64,000 bases of DNA from Octopus bimaculoides (taxonomy: Eukaryota), in the NCBI RefSeq assembly GCF_001194135.2, contig NC_068989.1, positions 545,147 through 609,146 on the forward strand, given 5' to 3'. Positions within the stretch are counted from its first letter, which is position 1. Every line of letters begins with the position of its first letter. The notes below the pieces were generated by a model. The model did no database searches and was not told where the DNA came from. It saw nothing but the letters and a program-made list of their open reading frames with translations. The translations under genes were made by a program, and so were the position numbers. This document shows, piece after piece, positions 37,832-49,312 of the stretch.

Positions 37832-38665
37832 CTCGAGCTCGCCTACATACACGTACACACACACAAAACTTTATAAGAATAAACCCCAACAGTTTCCCTC
37901 TCAGCATCATTAATGTTTTGACAGAGAATTTGGTGACAAAACTTTGGAACCTAATCGAAATGGGGGAGAATTCCCGTTTATTTCCTCGTCGAAATGTATT
38001 TCATCAAAGTGATTTTCTTGCCAGCCGACAGTTATAACCAGACTAACTAAAATAAAATGTAAGAACCAGTAAGAGTCTGATGGGAATTGCTTTGGGGCGG
38101 TGCGACGATCGCAACTTTTGTTGGCATTAGCAACGAATAATGATAATAAGAATTGAATGTTTTTCTCTCAGACTGGTGCAGTAGTGCGCAAAAGATTGCA
38201 GAGAGAGAGAGATATGCTCTATTTGTACAATAAAAATGGTGATGATAGTGACGAATAAAGGATGAAGTTACAATTGTAATTCTTGTATCTCAAGTGTTTT
38301 GACATCAGAGGGTTAAATGAAAGTTGGAGGGTGAATAAGTTAGATGTGTGGAAGCTTAACACATGTTGCTTTATACAGTTTTGATCGTGAGGAAGGGATG
38401 GGGTCTCCGTGAAACAGTTTCTTTTTCTTTTTTTCTGTTGTTTTTGGGAAGAAACGGAGAATAACTTTTTAATTTGTTGTTAAATTCGAGTTCTTTGTTA
38501 CGGATGTGTAAATGGAGGTTTTAGTAACGATGAGTCTTATGATCTTTTACATAATGTGAGAAATCAACAAGAATAAAGGCACCGACGTCGTCACCAGCAT
38601 CTCCATCACTTCGACCATGACGACGACGACGATGAAGGATGAAGAGATGAGAAGATGCTGCTTAC

Positions 38666-38726
38666 CTGGGATGCAGTCAAGTGTTATTATTACAACCAGA
38701 AAAACGCTCCACTGGTAACTTTTCAT
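38666..38726 (-). CDS. Probable first coding exon of an unidentified secreted or membrane protein (signal peptide), phase-1 intron follows
   Basis: Minus strand reads ATG AAA AGT TAC CAG TGG AGC GTT TTT CTG GTT GTA ATA ATA ACA CTT GAC TGC ATC CCA G|GTAAGC = MKSYQWSVFLVVIITLDCIP(G): basic N-terminus plus hydrophobic core. Consensus donor, purine at -3, in-frame TAA 11 codons upstream of the ATG. Lies in CpG-retaining DNA beside a GA/CT tract. Confidence 0.6.
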
Positions 38727-38929
38727 GTCTCCACTTTGTAGAGGAAAGTAATAAAGTTAGAATGAGTAAAATCTTCGGCCGACCATGACTAGCTTGCCCA
38801 GCCGAAACAGTGAAACACAACAAACAATTCTTCTTTCAATACAGAAAAAGCCCAATTTTTTCATCTCCGAATCCAAAACTGACTTCCTTTGCCCTCCCCT
38901 TCCTCTTACTCTCACTTTTACAATTCTAT

Positions 38930-39346
38930 CTGTTTTCTTCTTTTCTTTCTTTTTACATTCCCCCCTCTCTCTTTCCTATTTCTATCTTTCACCAATCTCC
39001 TCTCTCTCTCTTTATAATATTCCCTGCCTCTTCCTCTTATTTGGTTTTGCTTTCTCCTTAAATTATTCTTCTCTTTCTCCTCCTCCCGTTCTTCTTTCAG
39101 ATTTTTCCTTCTTTTTGCCCATTCCACTTTCTGTCTTCTCTCTCTCTCTCTCTCACTCTATCTATCTATCTAACACGAGATCTTTTTCGCTATCTCTCCT
39201 CATCATTTTTCCCTCTAATTCTTTAAAATTGACCGGAGACGATCGATTTGTCTACGGAATTCATCCACCTCTCTCCCAGGTCATTTTCTGTTTTTATCTA
39301 AAAAAAAATATTTCTTATACTCGCTATCTCTTCGTAACTCACAGCC

Positions 39347-39423
<77 letters not shown>

Positions 39424-39600
39424 GCACACACACTAACTCACTCACTCTCTCCCCTTCTCTCTCTTCCTAACTCTCTCTCCTTCTCTTCCTCACTCTCACT
39501 AATTCACTCACTCTCTCTCCCTCATTCTCTCTTCCTGTCTCTCATGCTTTTTTTCTTTCTATCTTTCTCTCTCGCTTTACTATTTCTGTTTGTGCCACTC
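38930..39600. repeat. Long CT/GA low-complexity tract including perfect (CT)n at ~39350-39420
   Basis: Directly visible polypyrimidine tract on the plus strand. Confidence 0.95.
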
Positions 39601-39722
39601 ATAAATAAAGTTCGCTTACAACTTTTTACCATTTTTTAAAAACCATTCTTTACGCACGTACATGCCCAACAGGCAGGCGTTGAGATACAATCATGTATGT
39701 TGTTATATCAATAAATGCCGCG

Positions 39723-39729
39723 CTTTATA
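39723..39729 (-). promoter_or_regulatory. Possible TATA box (TATAAAG) upstream of the signal-peptide exon
   Basis: GGTATAAAGCGCGG on the minus strand in CpG-retaining DNA ~1 kb upstream of the ATG at 38726; supported by position only. Confidence 0.2.
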
Positions 39730-40020
39730 CCACCACCACCATTAAACGGCAGAAGTTACAAAATGACTGAAAGTTCGATAGTTTCGTTTATGGCACAATA
39801 AATTCCATTCACGATAAGTTTGATAAGTTTGATAAACGAAACTCTCGACCCGTGATTCAATTTGTAATTTCTGTCGATTAAATCGTGTATGTGTGTGTGT
39901 GTGTGTGTGTGTAGCATATATAATATTCATATCGAATTCTATTATTTGTTCAACCAAACTTCTGTGTGTGTGTGTTTATATGTGTGTATGTATGTGTATA
40001 TACATATATGTATGCATATA

Positions 40021-40245
40021 TTCTTTTATTCTTTTACTTGTTTCAATCATTTGACTGCACCCATGCTGGAGCATCGCCTTTAGTCGAGCAAAACGACCCC
40101 AAGACTTATTCTTTGGAAGCCTAGTACTTATTCTATAGGGCTATTTTGCCGAACTGCTAAGTTACGGGGACATAAACACACCAGCATTGGTTGTCAAGCG
40201 ATGGTGAAGGGACAAACACAGACACAAACACACACACGCGCGCGC

Positions 40246-40311
<66 letters not shown>

Positions 40312-40579
40312 GAGAAGAAAATGGATATAATACCAATGGGAAACACGTGGTTTTCGCTGGTATGTCTTTAAATAGATAACAAAGGAGGAAGAAGCAGAGA
40401 TGAGGATAGCATTTACGACGGGTTTCTTTCAGTTTCCATCTACCAAATCCACTCACAAGGCTTTGGTCGACCCGATGCTATAGCAGAAGATACTCGCCCA
40501 AGGTGTCACGCAGTCGGACTGAACCCGGAACAATGTTGTTGGTTAGTAAGTTACTTACTACACAGCCACTCCTGCGCCC
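40021..40579 (-). mobile_element. SINE family A, full length, internal (CA)n/(TA)n
   Basis: Reverse complement of 62732-63146 from head (GGCGCAGGAGTGGCTGTG) to tail (GACTGAAACAAGTAAAAG-like). Confidence 0.92.
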
Positions 40580-40582
40580 ATG

Positions 40583-40648
<66 letters not shown>

Positions 40649-41044
40649 ATATTCGTATTGAATTTTATTATTTATTCCATCAAACTTCTGTGCGTGCGAG
40701 TGTGTTTGTGTGCGTGAGTGTACGTGTTTAGTTAGAGATTGCGTGTATTTCTCTATATGTTTATGAACGTTTGTAACATTTTCTTCTCTCCCCGTGTTTT
40801 TGACTTGTAATCTCATCGAAGTCCCCTGGGCCAATTATTCTGCTTCACTTTTATTTTATTCTCGTTATTTACCTATATTTCACTTGTCAAGAAATCTTCT
40901 CTTCACACCTTCTCACTATTCCTTATTTTCTTTCTTAAAAACACACGCTTTCACACATACATACATACATACATACATATATACATACATACATACATAC
41001 ATACATACATACATACATACATACATACATACATACATACATAC

Positions 41045-41883
41045 GTGAGAGCAACAACAACATCAGAATTGGAGAAGAACCAATGTGTAGGTACTCTGAG
41101 GCTGCAACTGTCTCATGCGACCCAAAGACAGACTGCACTGTCCTGCCTAAACAGAAGCTTGGAGGAGAAGCAGGCATCATAGCAGCAAAATGCATGGGTA
41201 CATATCCGGTAAGTGAGAGGGCAACACTACTGGACCTGCGATAAATACATTACATCCCACAGAGAAGGACATTTCTTCACTATCCACAAACAGGAGATAG
41301 CTATTAAGTACTTGATAAACAACAGGGACAAATATACCACCAAACCTTCACGTTGTGATTTTAAAAAAACAAAAAAACGTCGGCTCTGCTATACCAATGT
41401 GGAAGATATCAGCCACATCCTCAGCAGCTGCCCCAAAATGTCTACGAGGTACTACCTGTGCCTGAGGCATGACATAGTTGCAAAGACTATTTACAATGCT
41501 ATCCGCAGGAAGGACTGCCCTGACCGTGACGTATACAGCAAAGGCATGTCAGAACCAGCAGGTATTCACACCTTTAAAAACAAGTATTCCTTGTTGATCA
41601 CCCCAATAAAAACACCAATTTCATGCAAATATAACACACCTGATATTCTTCTGCAGGACAGGGAACAAAAGTCATGCAGTGTTGTAGAAGTCAGCTGCCC
41701 AGAGGATGTGAATGTACAATCGAAAGTCCAGGTAAAGAGTATATTTATGGTGAATTGATGCGGAACTTACAGCACTTGTACTCTGACTATGAATTCTCAT
41801 TTCTACCTATCATCATAGATGTATTAGGTTATGTACCCACAAATTTGCACAAAAAACTAGAAATACTCGAATTCACGGAGTAA
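41045..41883 (+). mobile_element. R4/NeSL-like RLE retrotransposon, 5'-truncated (CCHC knuckle + RLE)
   Basis: KMHGY, RLCYTNVEDISHILSSCPKMSTRYYLCLRHD (CCHC region), and PDILLQDREQKSCSVVEVSCP (PD-(D/E)xK RLE). Starts directly after (CATA)n at 40945-41044. Confidence 0.9.
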
Positions 41884-42039
41884 GTACCCAGCCAATGGAT
41901 TCACTCAGCAAAATAATTGAAACTGTCGGCATTACATGTACCAACAAAATAATATCGCAAATTTAAAAAGCAAGTACACATATTTACAAAAACATTTACA
42001 AAAACATATCGATTTATAATAATGTCTTTTTTGCTAAAA

Positions 42040-42460
42040 ACGGCGAGCTGGCAGAATCGTTAGATCGCTGGACAAAATGCCAATAAGCATTTTGTCCGTC
42101 TTTACGATCTGGGTTCAAATTCCACCGGGTTCGACTTTGCCTTTCATCCTTTCGGTGTTGGTAAAATAAGTACCAGTTAAACACTGAGGTCGATTTAATC
42201 GACTTAATCCCTATCTCGAAATTGCTGGCCTCATGCCAAAATTTGAAACCAATCTATATTTGCTAATTGTTTCACTTATAGACCCAAAGCCTAAAGTTTT
42301 GGAGTCGGTGGCTAATCGATAACATGGACACCAATGACTACGAAATTATAGAAGGCAAAGTCGATCACAGCGGAATTTGAAATCAGAACGTAAAGCCGGA
42401 AAGAAATGTTCCAAAGCGTTTTGTCCGGCATTTTAGCGATTCCAACAGGCCGCCGCCTTA
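42040..42460. mobile_element. Tail-to-tail pair of CORE-like SINEs (42040-42253 +, 42300-42460 -)
   Basis: GGCGAGCTGGCAGAATCGTTAG... on plus, and the reverse complement of the same head ending ...CGCCGCCTTA. Confidence 0.8.
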
Positions 42461-43120
42461 TACTTTCTAACTTAATGCTAAAATATAAATAGTTTGAGTT
42501 ACAACTTTTCGTTTCTCACATTTTTGTACATCTTATTTTTGGCCGAGATTCTGCACGTTTTGAATATTCGCATTTCGTAACACAGCTTCTTCTCAACTCG
42601 ATAGAAATAACATCTAAATTTCTTCAAATGACATCCTACTATCTACAAAAAGGGAAGGAAGTTCTAGATTATAAAAAAAGACGCGATGGCACCAATTGGT
42701 GAGTCTTTGATCAAAGGTTTGTTCCTTTAGCTCTAACAACAACAACTGTAAGAAACGGATTAAAACGTGTAGAATGCAGAAATATTCTGTTCCTGTGGTG
42801 CTCTGATACAAAAGACGTAATTTTATATTTGACGTGCATCAAATGTTTTATCGCAATTTTAGTGAGTGAAATCTCTGCCGCAGAATATAATAACCATACA
42901 CGTGAGTGGTGTCACAATGCATAAATCAAAAGTTTTATGGTGAGGGATTTAAGTTTCACTCCTGGCATCTATTCTATAGATTCATCGGTGATAGAGAAAC
43001 GGTAAAAGAGAAGACGTCTAACGAAGTTGTCGCTTTTTGTTTTAACTACATAGTTTAATGTGTTGGAATATTGTCTACACCATGTGAAGTTCTTTGGGAA
43101 CGATTCTCCTAACATATCAA

Positions 43121-43162
<42 letters not shown>

Positions 43163-43924
43163 AGCGTACGTGCGAGTGTACGTACCTGCGTGCGTCTATA
43201 TGTGTGTGTATGTCTATGTATGCCTGTATGTGTTTGTGTGTCTACATGTTTGTGTATGTGTGTATCTGTGTGTGTATGTGTGCATGAGTGTGCGTGTGGA
43301 AAAACGAAGGAACAAGAGCGAGAAAAAGCCGGATAACATTTCGCAATTTACAGTTGTAGAACTTGAAATACGAAATTAAACTCGCCGCAGGTTTCTATGT
43401 AAAAATTCCATTTTGTACATAGAGTGGTCAAATGACTTAGGTTTTTGCATTCGGTAAGAGGATTTCTCTAAAGGAATTTTAATTTTGGTTGGGAATTAAA
43501 AATAAGAAAACAAATGGTGCGTTTTTTAATGGCTTAGAAGAGGAAGGATATCGCCCCTAAAAACCCTTTTTAAGACGTACGTAGTTTGCAGCAAGATGCT
43601 ACCCTTAAAATAGAAGACTGGCTCCAATAATACTTCCAATAGAGTGGACCCTGCTAAAAGCAACCAAAAGATGACCCTTGGTTGTGGAGTTAAATCGGAC
43701 AATAGATTAAATGGACCAGTCAAAATCACAATGGCCAAACGGGTTGGAAGTAATTCTGTTATAAAACGCCATTTTTTTTTATAGCATCAGAGATTTATGA
43801 CTTTTTGCTGACTTCCAAAACACCCAATCTGATTGCCTACCACTGTTACAACAACAGCTGTGTATGTGCTCCGTGTTCGCGTGTGTGCGTGTGTATGAAT
43901 GGATGGATGGATGGACGGACGGAC

Positions 43925-44075
43925 GGACGGTCGTTGAACGATGAAGATTCAATTGTTTGATCAACTGAATCACTTGCTCCTGAATTAACGTATAAGCGGT
44001 TGAGTATTCGACAGATACGTGTAACCTTCACGTCACTCTCGGGCGGAATCAACGTGACACAATGCGTGACAAGTC
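43925..44075 (-). mobile_element. SINE family B 3' region
   Basis: Reverse-complement similarity to 52615-52770. Confidence 0.55.
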
Positions 44076-44386
44076 ACATGACAATAGCTCTTTTTCATTT
44101 CATGTACAATCCACCTGAGGGCTTCCACAAAGTTTCCGTCTAACCAATTTCATTGACAGTTTACTCATTACTATAGAAAATTATACTTGCCTAAGTTGTC
44201 ACAGAGTGGAACTGAATTCTTGATATCATGGTGTCCAGAAGAACTTCTTAACCATTCTCCAATATTATGTTATGCCAACTACATACATACACACATAGTC
44301 AGTTGACATCATTAGGTTGTAGCCGACATAATAAAATAGGAGCTTTTATATGCATATTCAAAACGTTTCCCGTAAACGAACTTAAA

Positions 44387-44419
<33 letters not shown>

Positions 44420-45109
44420 NNNNNNNNNNNNNNNNNNNNNNNNNNNNNNNNNNNNNNNNNNNNNNNNNNNNNNNNNNNNNNNNNNNNNNNNNNNNNNNNN
44501 NNNNNNNNNNNNNNNNNNNNNNNNNNNNNNNNNNNNNNNNNNNNNNNNNNNNNNNNNNNNNNNNNCACCAGTTATTGCCAAAGAACAAACTTCTTTTGTC
44601 AAACCAGAAAAATTGTCTCTCCCTCTCTCTCTTTCATCCTTCTCTCCACTCACACCCAATATACATTTGATGTCTTGCCGTCCTTTTCTATTCCAAAAAC
44701 AACCACTTCACTTTTCTCCCTACAAGCTCACACCACACCTAACCTACACCACTCCACTCGCCCAATAAACACAAGATACAAATTGTGAAAAACCAAAATA
44801 AACCGAAACTTCGAAGTACTGTCAACCTTTTCTTTTTAAAAATTTGTAAATATGCTACTTTACTGAAGAGTATTGCGCGGTCTTTCAATTGAATGTGCAA
44901 CTGTTTTTATTTATAACTTTACATTTATATATAACTTTGAAAACAAAGAACTATAAATATAGAGAGAGAGGGAGAGATAGAGTGGGGAGAGGGAGGGAGA
45001 GAGGGAGTGAGAGAGAGAGATAGACCAATTAATTTTCATGCCTATATATTTGTATGTATGTACATTATATATATACACACACACACACACATTTATATAC
45101 ATGTATGCA

Positions 45110-45358
45110 TGCTGGAGGTGTGAAATCTGTGGTTGTGTTATCCTTTTCAAGGCTGCGTGTGTCAACCATCTGAAGTTCCGTGAAAGATCAATTGGGTGCA
45201 GCGTCCTTCCTCCTCACCCGTGTGCTTCGCCGTTGTAGTATGTGAAAGGACTTGGGTTGTCTTCAGTACTGACAATTCATAGATGGAATGTCAAAAATGC
45301 CATTGTCAACGAGGAAGCTCAGAGACGGCAGCCATCTGTGAGGATGGAGAAATCACCA
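45110..45358 (+). mobile_element. Probable RTE 3' end with C2H2-like zinc-finger remnant
   Basis: CEICGCVILFKAACVNHLKF followed by an (ATGT)n array. Confidence 0.5.
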
Positions 45359-45465
45359 TGTATGCATATACGCATGTATGTATGTATATACGCATGTATG
45401 TATGTATGTATGTATGTATGTATGTATGTGTGTGTGTGTGTCCGTTTGTGTGTATGTATGTATGT

Positions 45466-45830
45466 CTCTTCAATTTTTTAATTATTATAAATCTTCTACT
45501 GAGGAAAAAACCGGCTTCCAACAAAGATACAAGGTTCCATCTTTGAACTGTAGTTTTCACTTTTGCAATTTGAGAAAAGTCTTGCATATTTTTACTGTTC
45601 CACTCCCAGTTTATCCCGATTCTCCTTTAAGCATTTACTAACAAAACCTCGTGCTCCAATTCTTATTGGTATGAATATGAATTCATAGTCTGGATATAGA
45701 AGCTGGAGGTTTCGAAGCAATTGTCCATAGATCTCCTCTTTTTCTTTGACTTCCAAAGAGATATTTATATCTGCAGGACAGCTGACCTCTATGATGCTAC
45801 ATACCTTTGCCCCTCTGTCCCACACAACCA
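45466..45830 (-). mobile_element. R4/NeSL-like RLE retrotransposon 3' end, flanked on both sides by (CATA)n
   Basis: VVWDRGAKVCSIIEVSCPADINISLEVKEKEEIYGQLLRNLQLLYPDYEF, then GTVKICKTFLKLQK* (stop 45557-59) and a short 3' UTR; same lineage as 41045. Confidence 0.9.
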
Positions 45831-45854
45831 TATGTTTGTATGTATGTATGTATG

Positions 45855-45888
<34 letters not shown>

Positions 45889-46832
45889 TGTATGTATGTA
45901 TATGTGTGTGTGTGTATGCATGCATGCATGTATGTATGTATGCATGTATGTGTGTATGTATGTATGCATGCATGCATGCATGGCTGAGAGAGATAGGGAG
46001 AGACTAAATTGATTATTTACAAGCAATTGATATTTTTCTTATTTACAGATCTTACCTTTCAATGATATTGTCGTGGATTGTTGTTATTGTAGCTGCTGCT
46101 GCAGTTGTTGCTATTGTTGTTGTTGTTGTTGGTTGTGGTGGTGGTGGTGGTGGTGGTGGTGGTGGTNNNNNNNNNNNNNNNNNNNNNNNNNNNNNNNNNN
46201 NNNNNNNNNNNNNNNNNNNTGAAGTGATTGATGACTGGTTGAGTTGCTGAATGAAAAAGTCTACCTCAGGCTATCTAAAAAAAATAACTGACAACACCCG
46301 CGAGCAATTAATAGAAGACTTCATTGCCTACAGTTACCCTCTTCGCGTAAACGAAAGCAGGGCATTGTAATCACTCGTCTTAGTTTGTTTGTCTGTGTGT
46401 TTGCAAAATTACGGATTTTCACCACATTTGGCAGAAATGTTCATTGGGTGAGTGGCTCGAAATGAGGAACACTTGATTTGATTATCTATAAAAAAATTTT
46501 AAATCTTTTTAATTTTTTTAATCGAACTTACAAATTTCCCGATAAGCAAGTGGTCATATTATTTTGTTCGTTAACTTTTTCATATGAATCGACCCTTGTC
46601 TCTGTGTGTATAGGTCATGGTGTACCTATGCGCGTAGATGCGTGGGCGTACGTACATACATTTTGCTTTTATATGTATTTACAGCTCGGTTTCTTTCTCT
46701 GATGCTTTACAGAGTTCAGCATGTTTCTGGCCACTGAAACATGTTCTCGCAGAGAGTTCTAATGCAAACCTACACATGTAAACGCGTGTAAAACAAAATA
46801 AAAATTTTGAAAGACATGTATAAAACTAGTTT

Positions 46833-46917
46833 TTAAACATCGAATGGATATGGCGGTCCACTAGAGTAAAATAGTGATCGAAGGGGCCCAAAGATAAAAA
46901 ATGGTTGAGAACCCCTG
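46833..46917. mobile_element. hAT-like transposon terminus
   Basis: GGTTGAGAACCCCTG (46903-17) is the reverse complement of CAGGGGTTCTCAACC, a typical hAT TIR; no partner end was found. Confidence 0.4.
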
Positions 46918-47290
46918 ATATAAAATATCTTGTGGATTTTCATCTTTTTAATACCACAATGAACAACCCAGTAATTGTAACTTTCATGCAGTACGGATAT
47001 TTGGAGTGATCCAAAACTGACGGTAAGACTTTTGTTAAAGGTGTAAATAAAATTTTCGAAAACAAAAAAGTAAAACAAAAACATCAGAAAAAGATGTTTT
47101 TTTCTTACCAAATTCCAGTTCTTCAACAGCAGAACTACTTTGTAAATATGGGAAAGCAAAAAGAGAAAAACTGGGTAATTCTTACCTTTATAATAGATGC
47201 GGTTCGTTGTTTGGCATTTTATGATAATAGCGAGTTATCAAGCTTTCGATGACCCAATTACAAATCAAGACAATTTGAGGAAACATAGCA

Positions 47291-47491
47291 TTTGCCAAAA
47301 ATGATGCATTACTGGAGCAAGATGTGTTACTAAATGATCGATATGCAATATACCTCAGCGCAGACAGACAAAATGGTCTGAAACATTACCTGTCAGTCCA
47401 TATTTCATCAAAAATAATCACTGAAATCAAGATGACAAAATATTTTGCAATAATTATTGACTCTGCGAGTGACATCAGTAGAATCGATTAA
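47291..47491 (+). mobile_element. hAT transposase remnant (ZMYM1/DUF4371-like)
   Basis: FAKNDALLEQ...IYLSADRQNGLKHYLSVHISSKIITEIKMTKYFAIIIDSASDIS (cf. YLSxxIQNE...KYFSIIxDxTxDxS). Confidence 0.7.
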
Positions 47492-48391
47492 TTTTCTTCA
47501 TTTTTGTGACGTGCAACAGAACACAGTAAGGTTGTGAAATGATTTATACAATTTAGCGAATTGCCTGAAGGGTTAAAGAGTGTTTTCGACGTTCTTCGTC
47601 CAGCAAGCAAAACTCTCTGATGCTGTCACAGTCTTACAATGGAGAAAAGAGCATGTCGAGAGAAATAGCTGATGTCTAAATAAAGATTAGGGAAGTTGTT
47701 CCAAATCTACCTTTTACACAGTGTGGACATGATATAAATTCATTCCCGACTAATGCAGTAAACTCCAATATTCAAGCAATGGCGTGGGGATTTTTAGCTC
47801 TAGAAATAGCCTTTATTTTTTTCATGGCAGTTAGCACTCGTCTTTTGGTACTAAAAGAACAACGCAATCAAATCAAATTTTCTGGAAAGGACACATCAAA
47901 TGTCCCATCCCTCCCTGATACTCCATTTTTAACACAGCAGGGTGTGTTTTAATAGAGAATTAGCTTTTATTTCTAGCTTGTGGAGCAAGCACATAGGTGG
48001 CTTCGTTAACTCTGGTTGGTATGTTGCTGTCTGATGGCTATAATGGATTTCACTGGTTCATAAATAATTTATTTGACGCCTACGCCTGGTCAGGACTTTT
48101 TTGAGAGGCACACGCAAAACTTTGAAAACATTTTCGAATAAGAACATTATAACCCAGTTTCTTTCGACAGTATAAAAACCCCCGTCTCTACACAAATCAT
48201 GGAAACAATCATTGTCGTAGTCGTTACAAATGCTAAACCTTGTAATCTCTGATAATCTCTCTGGCGACTTCACAGATGTAATATTGTCTAGACTGCATCT
48301 CAAAGACGTCGCTTCCTCTTCAGGATTAGAAAATACTTCAGCCCCGATCAGTTTATTTACCGCCTGCAATAAGATAGAGAGGAGGGGGGTC

Positions 48392-48727
<336 letters not shown>

Positions 48728-48866
48728 TAAATAGACACGATGCTTCTCAGATTGTTGTGTTCATGTATTTCCCAAAGGCATTAGTGACGTAAATGGAAGC
48801 AATTCCAGCTGAGAATCAAAACCATTTCGCGGACTCGGATTCCTTAGAATGTGTGTGTGTGTGTGT

Positions 48867-48934
<68 letters not shown>

Positions 48935-49104
48935 TAAAAATTTCATGAGAGACAGCGAAATGGAGATGGTAAGTGAGATTATGGTCAGAGGATTGCATAA
49001 GATCGACACTTCTTTATACATTCTTGCTTCGTCTTCTCATACACACCCTTGTATATATATCCTTGCATATATACTCTCAGTAAACACTTGCCAGTTATAA
49101 ATCA

Positions 49105-49312
49105 ACAAGGGTGCTTCTACGTAGTCAATCGATCTACTAGAAATAGTAGCTAAATTCTCTCAATTTACACCCTACAGTCTTAGAAAAAGGACACGTTGAA
49201 GAACATTGTCCAGGGTTTCCAGCACATAGAGAGGTATGAAGGCCACGACTAGACTGCTTTTGATCGTGAGCCTGCTCGATCAGGACTGACCAGGGCGAAA
49301 CAACAGCAAAAA
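49105..49312 (+). mobile_element. SINE-like family D (TAGAAATAG...CAAATC core); related copies near 23155 (-), 53340 and 60755
   Basis: Recurrent motif CTAGAAATAGYAGCYAAAT, a 3' end GATCAGGRCTGACC and a (CAA)-rich tail. Confidence 0.5.

Noticed and set aside
38785-39639. 284-aa ORF
   Set aside because: It is the translation of the CT-rich tract (poly-Ser/Leu); compositional artefact.
42668-42705. Plus-strand TATAAAA...ATGGCACCAATTG|GTGAGT, a possible start exon of a divergent gene
   Set aside because: Only 4 codons, TATA too close to the ATG, and no downstream plus-strand exons supportable.
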